Part shown: positions 47,597 to 57,159 of the stretch, one piece after another | How positions within the stretch are numbered: position 1 is the first letter of the stretch | Layout: every line of letters starts with the position of its first letter | Virus record (IMG/VR): IMGVR_UViG_3300046001_008198 | Location: 61,220-125,219 of that record | Origin: a virus | Reading direction: 5' to 3' (one strand) | DNA: 64,000 nt | Notes under the pieces: model-generated | What the model was told of the DNA's origin: nothing | What the model saw: only the letters and a program-made list of their open reading frames with translations | The model's database searches: none | Position numbers and translations under genes: made by a program

Positions 47597-48298
47597 ATGG
47601 ATAATCTTACACTTCGTTTAAAAATCAAAGAGCGGTTGAATAAATTGGATAGCAATGACTATGACAATTTAAAACCTTTTCAGATATCTGAAGCATTCAA
47701 TAAAGGAATGGTTGTTTGGTGTCGCCGTCAACTTCATGGTACTAACTTGAAGAAACAAGGTGATGAACAAAGTAAGAGACGTATTGATGATTTACAAGTA
47801 CTATTGGTTACAGTCCCTCACGATGTTGTAAAGAAAGAAGGTTTTTATGAAAGCGCTACATGGCCAGAAGACTATTTTGCATTTAAGCGCGTGGGGGCAA
47901 AAGCCTGTAGTGAATGTTGCAAAGATCGAAAAATGATTATCTATTTATCTGAAGAGGAGAATGTGGATACCATTGGAAGAGATCACAATAAGAAACCAAG
48001 TTTTGCATGGGGTGAAACTTATGTAACACTACATGGTAATAAATTACACATTCATACAAATGATGAGTTTGAATTAGAAGATGTAAAATTTACTTATTAT
48101 ACTCAACCGATTCGTGTTGAATTTTTAGGATCTGTAAATCCTTACACTGGAAATGTTTCCACCACTGAAGTACCTTGTCAATTCAAAGATGATATTGTAG
48201 AAGTAATGATTGATGAGGCTGTAAAAATTCTAGCAGGAGATATTGAAAGTTCTGGCGCAGGACAAACAGCGGATAATGCAGTAGAAACAAACAACTAA
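47597..48298 (+). CDS. head-tail connector / ring protein
   Basis: RRIDDLQVL, YYTQPIRV, EVMIDEAVKI; synteny. Confidence 0.6.
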   Translation: MDNLTLRLKIKERLNKLDSNDYDNLKPFQISEAFNKGMVVWCRRQLHGTNLKKQGDEQSKRRIDDLQVLLVTVPHDVVKKEGFYESATWPEDYFAFKRVGAKACSECCKDRKMIIYLSEEENVDTIGRDHNKKPSFAWGETYVTLHGNKLHIHTNDEFELEDVKFTYYTQPIRVEFLGSVNPYTGNVSTTEVPCQFKDDIVEVMIDEAVKILAGDIESSGAGQTADNAVETNN

Positions 48299-48309
48299 TA
48301 ATTTATACT

Positions 48310-48426
48310 ATGGCAACTAAAAGTCAAAAACCAAAATGGACTCCACCGTGGGTAAAAAAAGAAGGTGAATCAAAAGGTGCAGCTAAAACACCAGTAAAGA
48401 AAAAAGCTGCTAGTAAAAAAAAATAA
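48310..48426 (+). CDS. small Lys-rich peptide (38 aa)
   Basis: MATKSQKPKWTPPWVKKEGESKGAAKTPVKKKAASKKK*. Confidence 0.55.
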   Translation: MATKSQKPKWTPPWVKKEGESKGAAKTPVKKKAASKKK

Positions 48427-48493
48427 TGAAATAGTTGATAATGTGAGAAGTTTTGCTTATATTATTATCTGTATTTATTTAAAATAAAAAATT

Positions 48494-49813
48494 ATGTCGT
48501 ATTTTAATCACTCATACCACAAAGCATTTGTTGGTACAAAAGCATCTCAAGGAGCAACTCCTGGTGTAGATGCTGGTGTTGCTGATGGATTTTTGATCAC
48601 TTCTGGGGTTCACTCAAATGATTTGAAAAACACAGCTGCTCCATTTGCATTAGGTGTTGGAACTTATGGTTTCTTTGACCCTACTACAAATTTATCTGTT
48701 ATTGCAGCTGACGCAGCTGTTACTGCAGGTAAACCATTAATCCTTGCTTGTGCATCTTTGATGACTCAAGACAAAATTGGTCAGTTCCACGGAGGATATA
48801 CTGAATCAAATAAGTCGAAGATGATCAATCCTCGATACATTAACAAGTTGTACAAAGTAGAAGCTGCTGCTCCTGAGAGTATGATTGTTCATGTTGGTAA
48901 TACAAATTTCCAAGACGATTGCACATTTGATTTCTTGTGTGGTGAAGACTATACTATAAACATTAAATTGTTTGGTGCTCCAGTATTGGCATATTTGAAT
49001 CGTGATTCATATCGTCATTTGGCTGCATACACTGGATGTTGCGCTGATGCTATTGCACCAGATGCTGTTAACTCAATGATTGTTTTCACTCAATGGGCTA
49101 ACGAAATCATGACAAGTCCTTACTTGAAGGATTTCGTAAGTGTTGTTTTATACGATGAGTTAGGAGCACCTTGGTTCTATGATGCTGCTGCTGCAGTTGC
49201 TGCTGGATGGCCTGCAACTCAAATTTGGTCTTTGTATGATTTAACAATCGCTCATATTCCAAATGCACTTGGAGGTATGGCTGTTACAGGAGCTTATGTA
49301 GGTACTACATTCTCTGATTGTACATTCCAAGTTATGGATCATGAAGAAAAAGATATCGTTCAGATTGAAATTCAAATGGTTGATCAAAATGGTGATCCTT
49401 GTGTATTTGAAGGATTATGTGTTGAAACTGAATGTTGTGGATACAAAGGTGAAGGATACCGTAATACGGTACTGAAAGAAGTAATTCTTCATGAGTCATA
49501 CTTACAAAATTATTTAAGTTGTGACCTTCGCATCCGTGAGGTAACTCTTGGAACACAGATTATTAATGCAGTTCCTGCTGGAAATTTATACACACGTTAC
49601 TGCATTCAACACGTAGTTCCTCGTATGAGTAACCCATCTGGAACATTTGATAATGATCAGTACACACTGACTATCTATATTCCTACAGCTTCGGCTCTAG
49701 CTTTTGAAGCTTTTATGGTTGCATGGTTAGCAGCAGCAAACAACCCTGTTGATTTACAAACATTTACACACGTTGCTTGTGTTCCTACAGCACTTCCTGT
49801 GTTTGCTCCTTAA
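48494..49813 (+). CDS. auxiliary capsid / major structural protein
   Basis: 439 aa, own promoter-like leader and terminator, Ala-rich. Confidence 0.55.
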   Translation: MSYFNHSYHKAFVGTKASQGATPGVDAGVADGFLITSGVHSNDLKNTAAPFALGVGTYGFFDPTTNLSVIAADAAVTAGKPLILACASLMTQDKIGQFHGGYTESNKSKMINPRYINKLYKVEAAAPESMIVHVGNTNFQDDCTFDFLCGEDYTINIKLFGAPVLAYLNRDSYRHLAAYTGCCADAIAPDAVNSMIVFTQWANEIMTSPYLKDFVSVVLYDELGAPWFYDAAAAVAAGWPATQIWSLYDLTIAHIPNALGGMAVTGAYVGTTFSDCTFQVMDHEEKDIVQIEIQMVDQNGDPCVFEGLCVETECCGYKGEGYRNTVLKEVILHESYLQNYLSCDLRIREVTLGTQIINAVPAGNLYTRYCIQHVVPRMSNPSGTFDNDQYTLTIYIPTASALAFEAFMVAWLAAANNPVDLQTFTHVACVPTALPVFAP

Positions 49814-49838
49814 TCGGAATTAAAAATTAAATTCTTGA

Positions 49839-49876
49839 AAGAGAGGGTAGGGGATATTCTCTATTCTCTCTTTTTT
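49839..49876 (+). terminator. intrinsic terminator
   Basis: agagagggtagg..ctattctctc tttttt. Confidence 0.65.
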
Positions 49877-49892
49877 TATAAATACATTTTTT

Positions 49893-50450
49893 ATGAAACA
49901 TTCATTAAGTTTATTAATACCTACAACAATGGATGATTGGTCTTTATTAATTCAGGATACAAGTGTGTATACTGATTTAATTCCGATAAGTTGTCCTACA
50001 CTTCAGGTATTAATGCCCGGATTTATTACAGCTACTACAGTGAATGATAATTCTACTCCACCTTTAGCTCCAGGATTTAGCAGAATCTTTACAGCATGTT
50101 CTTTAGAAATTCAAACTTCTGGGTGCGGTATGGACTTTAATCCACTTCCTGATGGTATTTATGTAATAAAGTATAGTGTTTCTCCAAATGATATTGTGTA
50201 TGTTGAATACAATCATTTAAGAATCACAAAGGCTTTACAAAAATATGATGCCTTATTATGTGAATTAGAACTTCCTCCTTGTAGTCCAGCTCCAGATAAA
50301 AAATTACGTCTAGCTGAATTGATGGAAATAAAAGGATATTTGGAAGCAGCTAAGGCAACTGTAGAAGTATGCCATAATGCGGAAAAAGGAATGGCTTTAT
50401 ATAATTATGCACTCAAGCGATTAGATAAACTGAATTGTACAACTTGTTAA
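49893..50450 (+). CDS. putative tail hub/structural protein
   Basis: LPDGIYVIKYSV Ig-like segment; Cys-rich end. Confidence 0.55.
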   Translation: MKHSLSLLIPTTMDDWSLLIQDTSVYTDLIPISCPTLQVLMPGFITATTVNDNSTPPLAPGFSRIFTACSLEIQTSGCGMDFNPLPDGIYVIKYSVSPNDIVYVEYNHLRITKALQKYDALLCELELPPCSPAPDKKLRLAELMEIKGYLEAAKATVEVCHNAEKGMALYNYALKRLDKLNCTTC

Positions 50451-50459
50451 AATTAATAT

Positions 50460-50627
50460 ATGACTTGTCCGAATTGTAAAAAAGTATTATCATGTGGTTG
50501 TCAAAAAAAAACTGCTTCTAATGGAAAAAATGTATGTGCTAGTTGTGCGGCATCTTATGAAGTTAGTCTAAAAGCTAGTCAAAAAAATAATACAGCTTCG
50601 AGTATTATGAAAACTGTAATAAAATAA
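50460..50627 (+). CDS. small Cys-rich protein (55 aa)
   Basis: MTCPNCKKVLSCGCQKK..CASC. Confidence 0.6.
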   Translation: MTCPNCKKVLSCGCQKKTASNGKNVCASCAASYEVSLKASQKNNTASSIMKTVIK

Positions 50628-50636
50628 ATAAAACAC

Positions 50637-52463
50637 ATGGTAAGAACTTATGCCGTAGGTAGAGCAAATAGTGCTGTTCGTTTAGATGAACATACTGGAC
50701 CATGGGTGAATTTAGTTACTCAGGGAAGTGTTGATTCTATATGGAGAGACGTAATGTCTGATCCAAGTAATCCAGACAAAGTTGTTATTATTGGAACTGC
50801 CGAAGATACTTCTTTAGTGAATGTCAGCATTCAAGTTTCATTTGATGCAGGAGTAACGTGGACTATTCCTACAGGAACATGGGCTAATGATACATCTATT
50901 TTACATGAAGTATGGTATGTTGACACTAATATTATTTGGGCTGTAGGTGAAAATGGTGTTGTTGTAAAATCTATAGATGGAGGTCTTAGTTTTGATACTG
51001 TTCTTACAGCACCAGGATTAATTGTAGCAGGAGATATTCCTTATACTGCAGCAATTCATGCATTAGATAACCAAGTTGCTGTTGTATTAGGTTCTCCTAC
51101 ATCAGGACTTGGAGAATTTCTTTGTTATGTTTGGAAAACAATAGATGGTGGTAATACATGGACTCTTTTAAATGGTGGTAATACGTTGTTAAATATCATT
51201 GGAACTCTTTCTACTAATCCAGCAGGAAAAGCAAACGGTATATGGATATCAGAAGATGAACAGCGTATTATAGCGGCAACAGGATATACTCAACAATTAA
51301 GCATTGATGCAGGAATTACTTTTACACAGGTTGCACCTGAAATGACTCGGTCAGGAGTTCATTTAACATGGTTCCCTTCGTATGATCCAAACCCTCAATA
51401 TTTTAGACATGTAGGTGGTGCACCAATTGAAGTAAATGAATCAACTGATTCAGGAGTTACATATCAAACTACAAGAATGTATGTATTTCCTGTTGCAATA
51501 CCTCCAACAAATACAGCAGTTCAAATTACCGCAGCTCATTTTTATACAGCTTACGATGGTTACTATGCGTATCATTCAGCAGGAACAACTTACATTGAGT
51601 CAACTAACGATGGAGCAGCATCTGGTGTAGCATCTTATGCTAATCCTGATCCTTTTACTTCGTATGAAGCTATATGGACAAGCGGTGAAATACTTCCACC
51701 ACCTCCACCTCCACCATCAGGTTCATGTTTTGAATTACAAGATTGTTTAGGTATTACTCCTTCCATAATTACGTATATAGATTTATCAGCTTTAGTAGGA
51801 AATGTTGTTTCTTTAAAAGATGATTCAAATCACGAAGCTCCTGGTTGTTGGTTAGTTCTTGATTATGCAGGAGATTGTGATGGATCTGTTTTTGTTGATG
51901 TTTATAAATGCTATACTGATTGCGAAGATTGTTTACCAGTTCCAGAAGTTCCGTGTGATCCTAAACCAAGAGTTGTATATCCAAACTACATAACAGGTAT
52001 ATGCAATCCTGAAATCGTTGATAAAGCTTTTTGTGATTTTGCGGAAATGATGTATGATCGAATGATGGCTTTAAGATATAGAATTAAAACTTGTTGTCCA
52101 AAAGATGATGTGTTGGTTTATGTTCGAAAAGAAAAAGTCAATCTTAAATTAATTAGTACAGGAGCTCCTATTCCAATTCCTTATAATGAATATGTTTTTG
52201 CACAAACAGAATCTGAGGCAGAAACAATAATTCAATATTTAGATGATTCTGGAACACTAATCACAATAACTGTTCCTGCTTGCGATATCCGTATAGGATG
52301 TGAACCAATTACTTTCTGTGCTCAATACGGTTCTATAATTATTGGAACAACCTCCGTAATAGCTATTAATGAATTATGCGATGAGGGAAATACTTGTGCA
52401 ACAAATGTATATTTAACTTATGTTGGATTGTGTTCTATTTTAGTAGATCCTTGCACACCTTAA
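50637..52463 (+). CDS. BNR/Asp-box beta-propeller tail protein
   Basis: Asp-boxes SFDAGVTW, SIDGGLSF, TIDGGNTW, SIDAGITF, STDSGVTY; Cys-rich C-terminus. Confidence 0.8.
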   Translation: MVRTYAVGRANSAVRLDEHTGPWVNLVTQGSVDSIWRDVMSDPSNPDKVVIIGTAEDTSLVNVSIQVSFDAGVTWTIPTGTWANDTSILHEVWYVDTNIIWAVGENGVVVKSIDGGLSFDTVLTAPGLIVAGDIPYTAAIHALDNQVAVVLGSPTSGLGEFLCYVWKTIDGGNTWTLLNGGNTLLNIIGTLSTNPAGKANGIWISEDEQRIIAATGYTQQLSIDAGITFTQVAPEMTRSGVHLTWFPSYDPNPQYFRHVGGAPIEVNESTDSGVTYQTTRMYVFPVAIPPTNTAVQITAAHFYTAYDGYYAYHSAGTTYIESTNDGAASGVASYANPDPFTSYEAIWTSGEILPPPPPPPSGSCFELQDCLGITPSIITYIDLSALVGNVVSLKDDSNHEAPGCWLVLDYAGDCDGSVFVDVYKCYTDCEDCLPVPEVPCDPKPRVVYPNYITGICNPEIVDKAFCDFAEMMYDRMMALRYRIKTCCPKDDVLVYVRKEKVNLKLISTGAPIPIPYNEYVFAQTESEAETIIQYLDDSGTLITITVPACDIRIGCEPITFCAQYGSIIIGTTSVIAINELCDEGNTCATNVYLTYVGLCSILVDPCTP

Positions 52464-52498
52464 TAAAATTTACTATATTATACTAAAGTTTTTATATC

Positions 52499-52993
52499 AT
52501 GACATTAATTAAACCAACAAATTTAAAACAGAAAGGATGCTCACCGGTATCTTCAAACTGTGTAGTATGGCAAGGAGATGACATCCCTTGTTTGAAAATA
52601 TGTAAAGGCGATACTATTAGTGATGTTATGTTCAAACTAGCATGTTTGGTTTGTGCTATGAAGGATCAGCTTGATGTTGATAATTACGATCTTACTTGCT
52701 GGAATTTAGATAAATGTGATATTCCTCATACCTTCAAAGAATTTATGAATTTGGTTATCCAAAGGATATGTGACATAGAAGCTCTTATAGGAACACCACA
52801 AGGAGAAGTTGCAGGAGAAGCAATTATAATTACGGCAAGTTGTTTCCAAGCAGAACTTGGAATGACTGCAGGAATTAGTGCGTATGTTGCAGCCATTGGC
52901 CAAAAACTTTGTGAACAAGAATTATTAATTCAGAATCAGCAATTGGCTATACAGCAATTGTTAACTAGAGTTGAAATATTAGAAGGAGTTTAA
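52499..52993 (+). CDS. Cys-rich tail fibre-associated protein
   Basis: SSNCVVWQGDDIPCL..GDTISDV..L. Confidence 0.65.
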   Translation: MTLIKPTNLKQKGCSPVSSNCVVWQGDDIPCLKICKGDTISDVMFKLACLVCAMKDQLDVDNYDLTCWNLDKCDIPHTFKEFMNLVIQRICDIEALIGTPQGEVAGEAIIITASCFQAELGMTAGISAYVAAIGQKLCEQELLIQNQQLAIQQLLTRVEILEGV

Positions 52994-53014
52994 TTAATTA
53001 AAAAATAAGAAATA

Positions 53015-53578
53015 ATGGGATGTGCTAAATGTAATGAAAATGTAGGACCTACTGATTGCGGATGTGATCAGGAAGCATTGCATATAAGTCAGATCTGTAA
53101 TCCTATAGCATGCGAAGTTGAAGAATGTTCTGAATCATTTTCAGCTGCATGTTCTATTTATACAGGAGAGGACATTATATGTGAAAATGTTGTAGTGGTA
53201 GCTAGTGGCACAACTGTAGCTCAAGCTATAGCAAACATTACAGCTTATTTTTGCGCTACTGTAGCCGAAATTCCTGTTGCTAAAAAGTTTGTAAGAGAAA
53301 CTATTTTTCCTGATTTAGATACTTTGGATACTTTTATTTTAAGTACAGATTATCTTCCGTGTTTACTTGCTTCTGATTATTGTGGAAGTGCTACTCTATC
53401 TCTTGCTGATATAGTTGTTACCGGATACTGGTTTGATAGTGTTGCAGGATATTGGAAACTATTTACACACAAAGATAAATCAGAAGTATTTATTGATAAT
53501 GCAGGTAATATTATTGTTACTGCAGCAATAATAGGAGGAACTTTTCCTATGAATGCACGAATAATTATAACTAATTAA
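53015..53578 (+). CDS. Cys-rich tail fibre-associated protein
   Basis: ACSIYTGEDIIC, similar to the previous gene. Confidence 0.65.
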   Translation: MGCAKCNENVGPTDCGCDQEALHISQICNPIACEVEECSESFSAACSIYTGEDIICENVVVVASGTTVAQAIANITAYFCATVAEIPVAKKFVRETIFPDLDTLDTFILSTDYLPCLLASDYCGSATLSLADIVVTGYWFDSVAGYWKLFTHKDKSEVFIDNAGNIIVTAAIIGGTFPMNARIIITN

Positions 53579-53580
53579 TT

Positions 53581-54006
53581 ATGGCTGGTTGTAAAGAATG
53601 TGGTTGTAAAGATGGTGATCGCGGAGCCCAAGGGATCCAAGGTGTAAAAGGTGATACTGGAGCACAAGGAATTCAAGGACCTCAAGGGTTTCCTGGATTA
53701 ACAGGACCGCAAGGGTTAACTGGATTACCAGGTGCTACAGGACCAATTGGTCCAAGTGGATCTGCTGGAATTCCTGGAATTCCTGGAGTTGGAGCACCGG
53801 GAGCTGCTGGAATAGATGGTGATGATGGTAATGATGGAGCTAATGGTAAATCAGGTAGGGGTGTTGCAGTTTTTGTTCAGGCTTTAGAACCAACACCTTT
53901 TGATTTTACAACCAACTACGGAACTATTGAAGGATTTGGAGTTAATTTTATCACAGGAAATGATCAAATTAAACCTGGTGATTTATGGATAGAACCTTGC
54001 GCATAA
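53581..54006 (+). CDS. collagen-like fibre protein
   Basis: Long (Gly-X-Y)n tract. Confidence 0.85.
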   Translation: MAGCKECGCKDGDRGAQGIQGVKGDTGAQGIQGPQGFPGLTGPQGLTGLPGATGPIGPSGSAGIPGIPGVGAPGAAGIDGDDGNDGANGKSGRGVAVFVQALEPTPFDFTTNYGTIEGFGVNFITGNDQIKPGDLWIEPCA

Positions 54007-54007
54007 G

Positions 54008-55051
54008 ATGGGAAAGTTTAAAATGTTTGATGGTACAAATTGGGTGGATCCTTGCGATTGCAACATTCATCTTTTAGATTCGGGTTCCGTATGGCAACTC
54101 TTGGATCCTAAAAACTGTATCACTAAGTATTGGAATGGTTGTGAATGGGTTCAAATTATTTGTCCTTGTGCTTGTATAGCAGGATATACCTTTAATTCAG
54201 AAACAGGTCTTTGTGAAAAAACAATATTATTTCCCGCAACTTTTACAGGAGCAACAACATTTATAGAAACAGGAAGTGACGATTCTGTTTATAGTGTTTC
54301 TGGAGCGTTTATGTATCCTAGTTTAGATTTATATGTTTGGCCTATAAGAGGGTTTCAACCGGCTTCCACTTATGAATTAAAAGATAATACAGGATTTGGA
54401 GCATTGCTTTCTTCAACAGCATCATCAATAAATAGTATTTTTAAATCAGTAAATACTGCTACAGGAAGATTAAATATTGCAGGTATTTGGGCTAATGTTT
54501 GGCCTGATTTGGAATGGCTTTCTTTTAGCTTTTGTATCACTATTACTGAAGCAAAACAATACGTTATTGGTATAGCTGGAGATAATCACACCAGGGTTGA
54601 AATAGATTCTCCATCCTTTGGAGGATTAATTGAAGTTATTACATTATATTCAACAACAGATGCAGCAGGAACCAATCATATACCTGCTATAACAACACCC
54701 TTTAATAAATGGTTTTTATTACCAATAACGCTACCAGTAGGATCACATACAATAATTTTATCAGGATTTAATGAATTTGGACCTAAGACTGTTGCGGCTG
54801 AAATTTATGATCAAACAGCAATTGAAATGTTAGCGTTGATGGCTCCAGGAATGACTGTTGTTGATTTAGAACCTCATATTTTATTTTCAACAAAAAATTT
54901 AGTAGTTCCTTTTCCAGATGGACCATTGGTAATTGCCGCAGCGGGAGCCGTAGGAACATGGAGTTGTCCTGATCCAGAAACAACTTTTTCGGAATGTCAT
55001 GGAGTTCCTGCTTGTATTATGGTAGAAAGTATTCCTTGTGAATTTGAATAA
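54008..55051 (+). CDS. fibre tip / carbohydrate-binding-like protein
   Basis: Cys-rich ends; PA14-like YVIGIAGDN..LPVGSHTI. Confidence 0.55.
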   Translation: MGKFKMFDGTNWVDPCDCNIHLLDSGSVWQLLDPKNCITKYWNGCEWVQIICPCACIAGYTFNSETGLCEKTILFPATFTGATTFIETGSDDSVYSVSGAFMYPSLDLYVWPIRGFQPASTYELKDNTGFGALLSSTASSINSIFKSVNTATGRLNIAGIWANVWPDLEWLSFSFCITITEAKQYVIGIAGDNHTRVEIDSPSFGGLIEVITLYSTTDAAGTNHIPAITTPFNKWFLLPITLPVGSHTIILSGFNEFGPKTVAAEIYDQTAIEMLALMAPGMTVVDLEPHILFSTKNLVVPFPDGPLVIAAAGAVGTWSCPDPETTFSECHGVPACIMVESIPCEFE

Positions 55052-55068
55052 AAAATAAATTAGAAATT

Positions 55069-55836
55069 ATGTCAAAAGGTTGTAAAGATTGTGGATGTGC
55101 AGATTGCTTTCCAAATAAAGGAGACAAAGGAGCTATAGGAAATCCTGGACCTCAAGGTACTACTGGTGCTACTGGACCTCAAGGGCCTCAAGGTGGTGTA
55201 GGACCTCAAGGACCTGCTGGACCTCAAGGTTTTCCAAATCAAGTTATTGTTGAAGGAGTAGATGACATTGTAGTATCCGCAAATACTGTTGGACTTATTA
55301 CTACTTACACGGTAGGAAGACCTAAAGAATTTTTCTATGATGAAGTTGTATCTCCTGTAAATGTAGATGATGCTACATGGTTATATCATTTTCCAGTAGG
55401 TTATACAGGATTGGTTTATACAAATGGAACATTAGTTGCTAAAACATATTTAGTTCAAGCTTCTTATGATACGGCAGCTCCATTAAGTAACAATGTTGCT
55501 TCTCATAATAATTGGGTGGAAGGAGCTATCATTAAAACTGTTATTGGTGTGGATACTCCACAATGGGAATCGGATGGACATATGTTAATTTCAGTAAATT
55601 TATATAAAGGTCCTTTACCAGGCGATGTTGTTAATTCTATTAGTACAGCTTTTGTGGTAGATGATACAGGAAATCATGTAGAAGTAAGATTGACAACAGC
55701 ATTAATTCCAGCTAATACATCTTTCTTTAAATATTTAACATTAGCTCCAGGAGAAAGTGTTAGTCTTCAATTTAAAGCAAAATCTGGAAATAATGGATAT
55801 TTAACAAGAGCTCAGTTTGTTGTACAAGAAATGTAA
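55069..55836 (+). CDS. collagen-like fibre protein with C-terminal globular domain
   Basis: (GPQ)n tract then beta-rich domain. Confidence 0.85.
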   Translation: MSKGCKDCGCADCFPNKGDKGAIGNPGPQGTTGATGPQGPQGGVGPQGPAGPQGFPNQVIVEGVDDIVVSANTVGLITTYTVGRPKEFFYDEVVSPVNVDDATWLYHFPVGYTGLVYTNGTLVAKTYLVQASYDTAAPLSNNVASHNNWVEGAIIKTVIGVDTPQWESDGHMLISVNLYKGPLPGDVVNSISTAFVVDDTGNHVEVRLTTALIPANTSFFKYLTLAPGESVSLQFKAKSGNNGYLTRAQFVVQEM

Positions 55837-55872
55837 GATGTCACAGTTGGTTGGTTTCTTTTGTGGCTGACT

Positions 55873-55908
55873 CGGACCCCGCGGTTTGCACCCGGGGTTC
55901 TTTTTTTA
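55873..55908 (+). terminator. intrinsic terminator
   Basis: gaccccg-cggtttgcac-ccggggtt ctttttttt. Confidence 0.75.
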
Positions 55909-55976
55909 TATATTTGTTTGATTTAAAGATTAACACATTAGTATAAAAAGTCCTTTATTTTTCTTATATTATAACT

Positions 55977-56483
55977 ATGAATTATATTCCAGCTGATCGC
56001 ACACAACCTAGAGTAAAGAAAAAATTTACTACAGTTCTTAATACAAAGAGTGTTAATGAATTCAAAAAGTTATTTCCTGAACACAAAGATGTTACTTACA
56101 AAGAGATGGTGGATATAATAAATAAGTTCAATCAAAACATTGTACAAACAGTTATAGATGAGCGTAATGGTGTTATTTTACCTGAGCGATTAGGTCACAT
56201 GATTATTGCTGGATTCAAAAGGCCTGTAGGTAGAAAAGCAATTGATTGGGGAGAAAGTAGAAAAGCTAGTCGTATTGTTTATCATATGAATTGGGAAACA
56301 GATAATCGTATTGGAAAAATAGTTTATCAACCTGCAGTAGGACATCATAATGCGCTAACAAAACTCTGGTGTTTTACAGCAACTAGAAGTTTTACAACAA
56401 CAATGTCCACAGCTTTTAAAAAGTTTTATAACCGGTATATTTTTGTTCGCAAGAGTATGCATATTGAATTAAAGGTATCATGA
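55977..56483 (+). CDS. IHF/HU-like protein of the crAss-type tail module
   Basis: DIINKFNQNIVQTVIDERNGVILPERLGHMII; position before the ring genes. Confidence 0.6.
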   Translation: MNYIPADRTQPRVKKKFTTVLNTKSVNEFKKLFPEHKDVTYKEMVDIINKFNQNIVQTVIDERNGVILPERLGHMIIAGFKRPVGRKAIDWGESRKASRIVYHMNWETDNRIGKIVYQPAVGHHNALTKLWCFTATRSFTTTMSTAFKKFYNRYIFVRKSMHIELKVS

Positions 56484-57154
56484 CTACAATAGGAGAAAGT
56501 ATATCGCGAATAAGAACTATTCTGAAGATTGTTACAGAAGATGCTTTTATTACAGATCGTGAAGTTTATAGCATTCTTTCCAAGTATGCCAAATTTGTTA
56601 TCCGAAGACAGGATAATGAAAAGAAATTGATGCAGTACGAAGGGTTGTTTGAATTCCTTCCTTTTGAAGAATTAGAAGAGGTTAGTAAAATAGAAGCTGG
56701 TTGTGGAGCAATCCAAACAAAGTGTACTATTATGCGAACAGAAAAGAAGCTTCCGAATTTAATGAGTGGGGCTTATGGTCCGCTAATCAGGAAAGTATTC
56801 TCTATTGATGCATCTGCTAGTTTCGAGAAAACCACATTAAACAATTTCATATCAATTGCTAATTCAACAAATTATAAATACAACACTACTAAGTATTTCT
56901 ATATTAGAAATGAGCATGTGTATTTTCCTAACTGGGATGGTGAAGGTGTAATGATTGAAGGATTATGGGATGATACTTTAGATGGGAGATGTATTGCCGA
57001 TAATGACGATTGTACATTGATGCAAGATCGTCCTTTTCCAATGCCTGATTATTTATTCAGTGAAATTGAACAATTGGTTGAACAAGAGTTTACCCTTCCT
57101 GCTAAATTACCAGCTAGTAATAATGGTGATGACAGCCAAAATATTTTTAGATAA
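56480..57154 (+). CDS. tail ring/tubular protein
   Basis: 224 aa; KYFYIRNEHVYF..PFPMPDYL; synteny. Confidence 0.55.
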   Translation: MTTIGESISRIRTILKIVTEDAFITDREVYSILSKYAKFVIRRQDNEKKLMQYEGLFEFLPFEELEEVSKIEAGCGAIQTKCTIMRTEKKLPNLMSGAYGPLIRKVFSIDASASFEKTTLNNFISIANSTNYKYNTTKYFYIRNEHVYFPNWDGEGVMIEGLWDDTLDGRCIADNDDCTLMQDRPFPMPDYLFSEIEQLVEQEFTLPAKLPASNNGDDSQNIFR

Positions 57155-57159
57155 TTATT

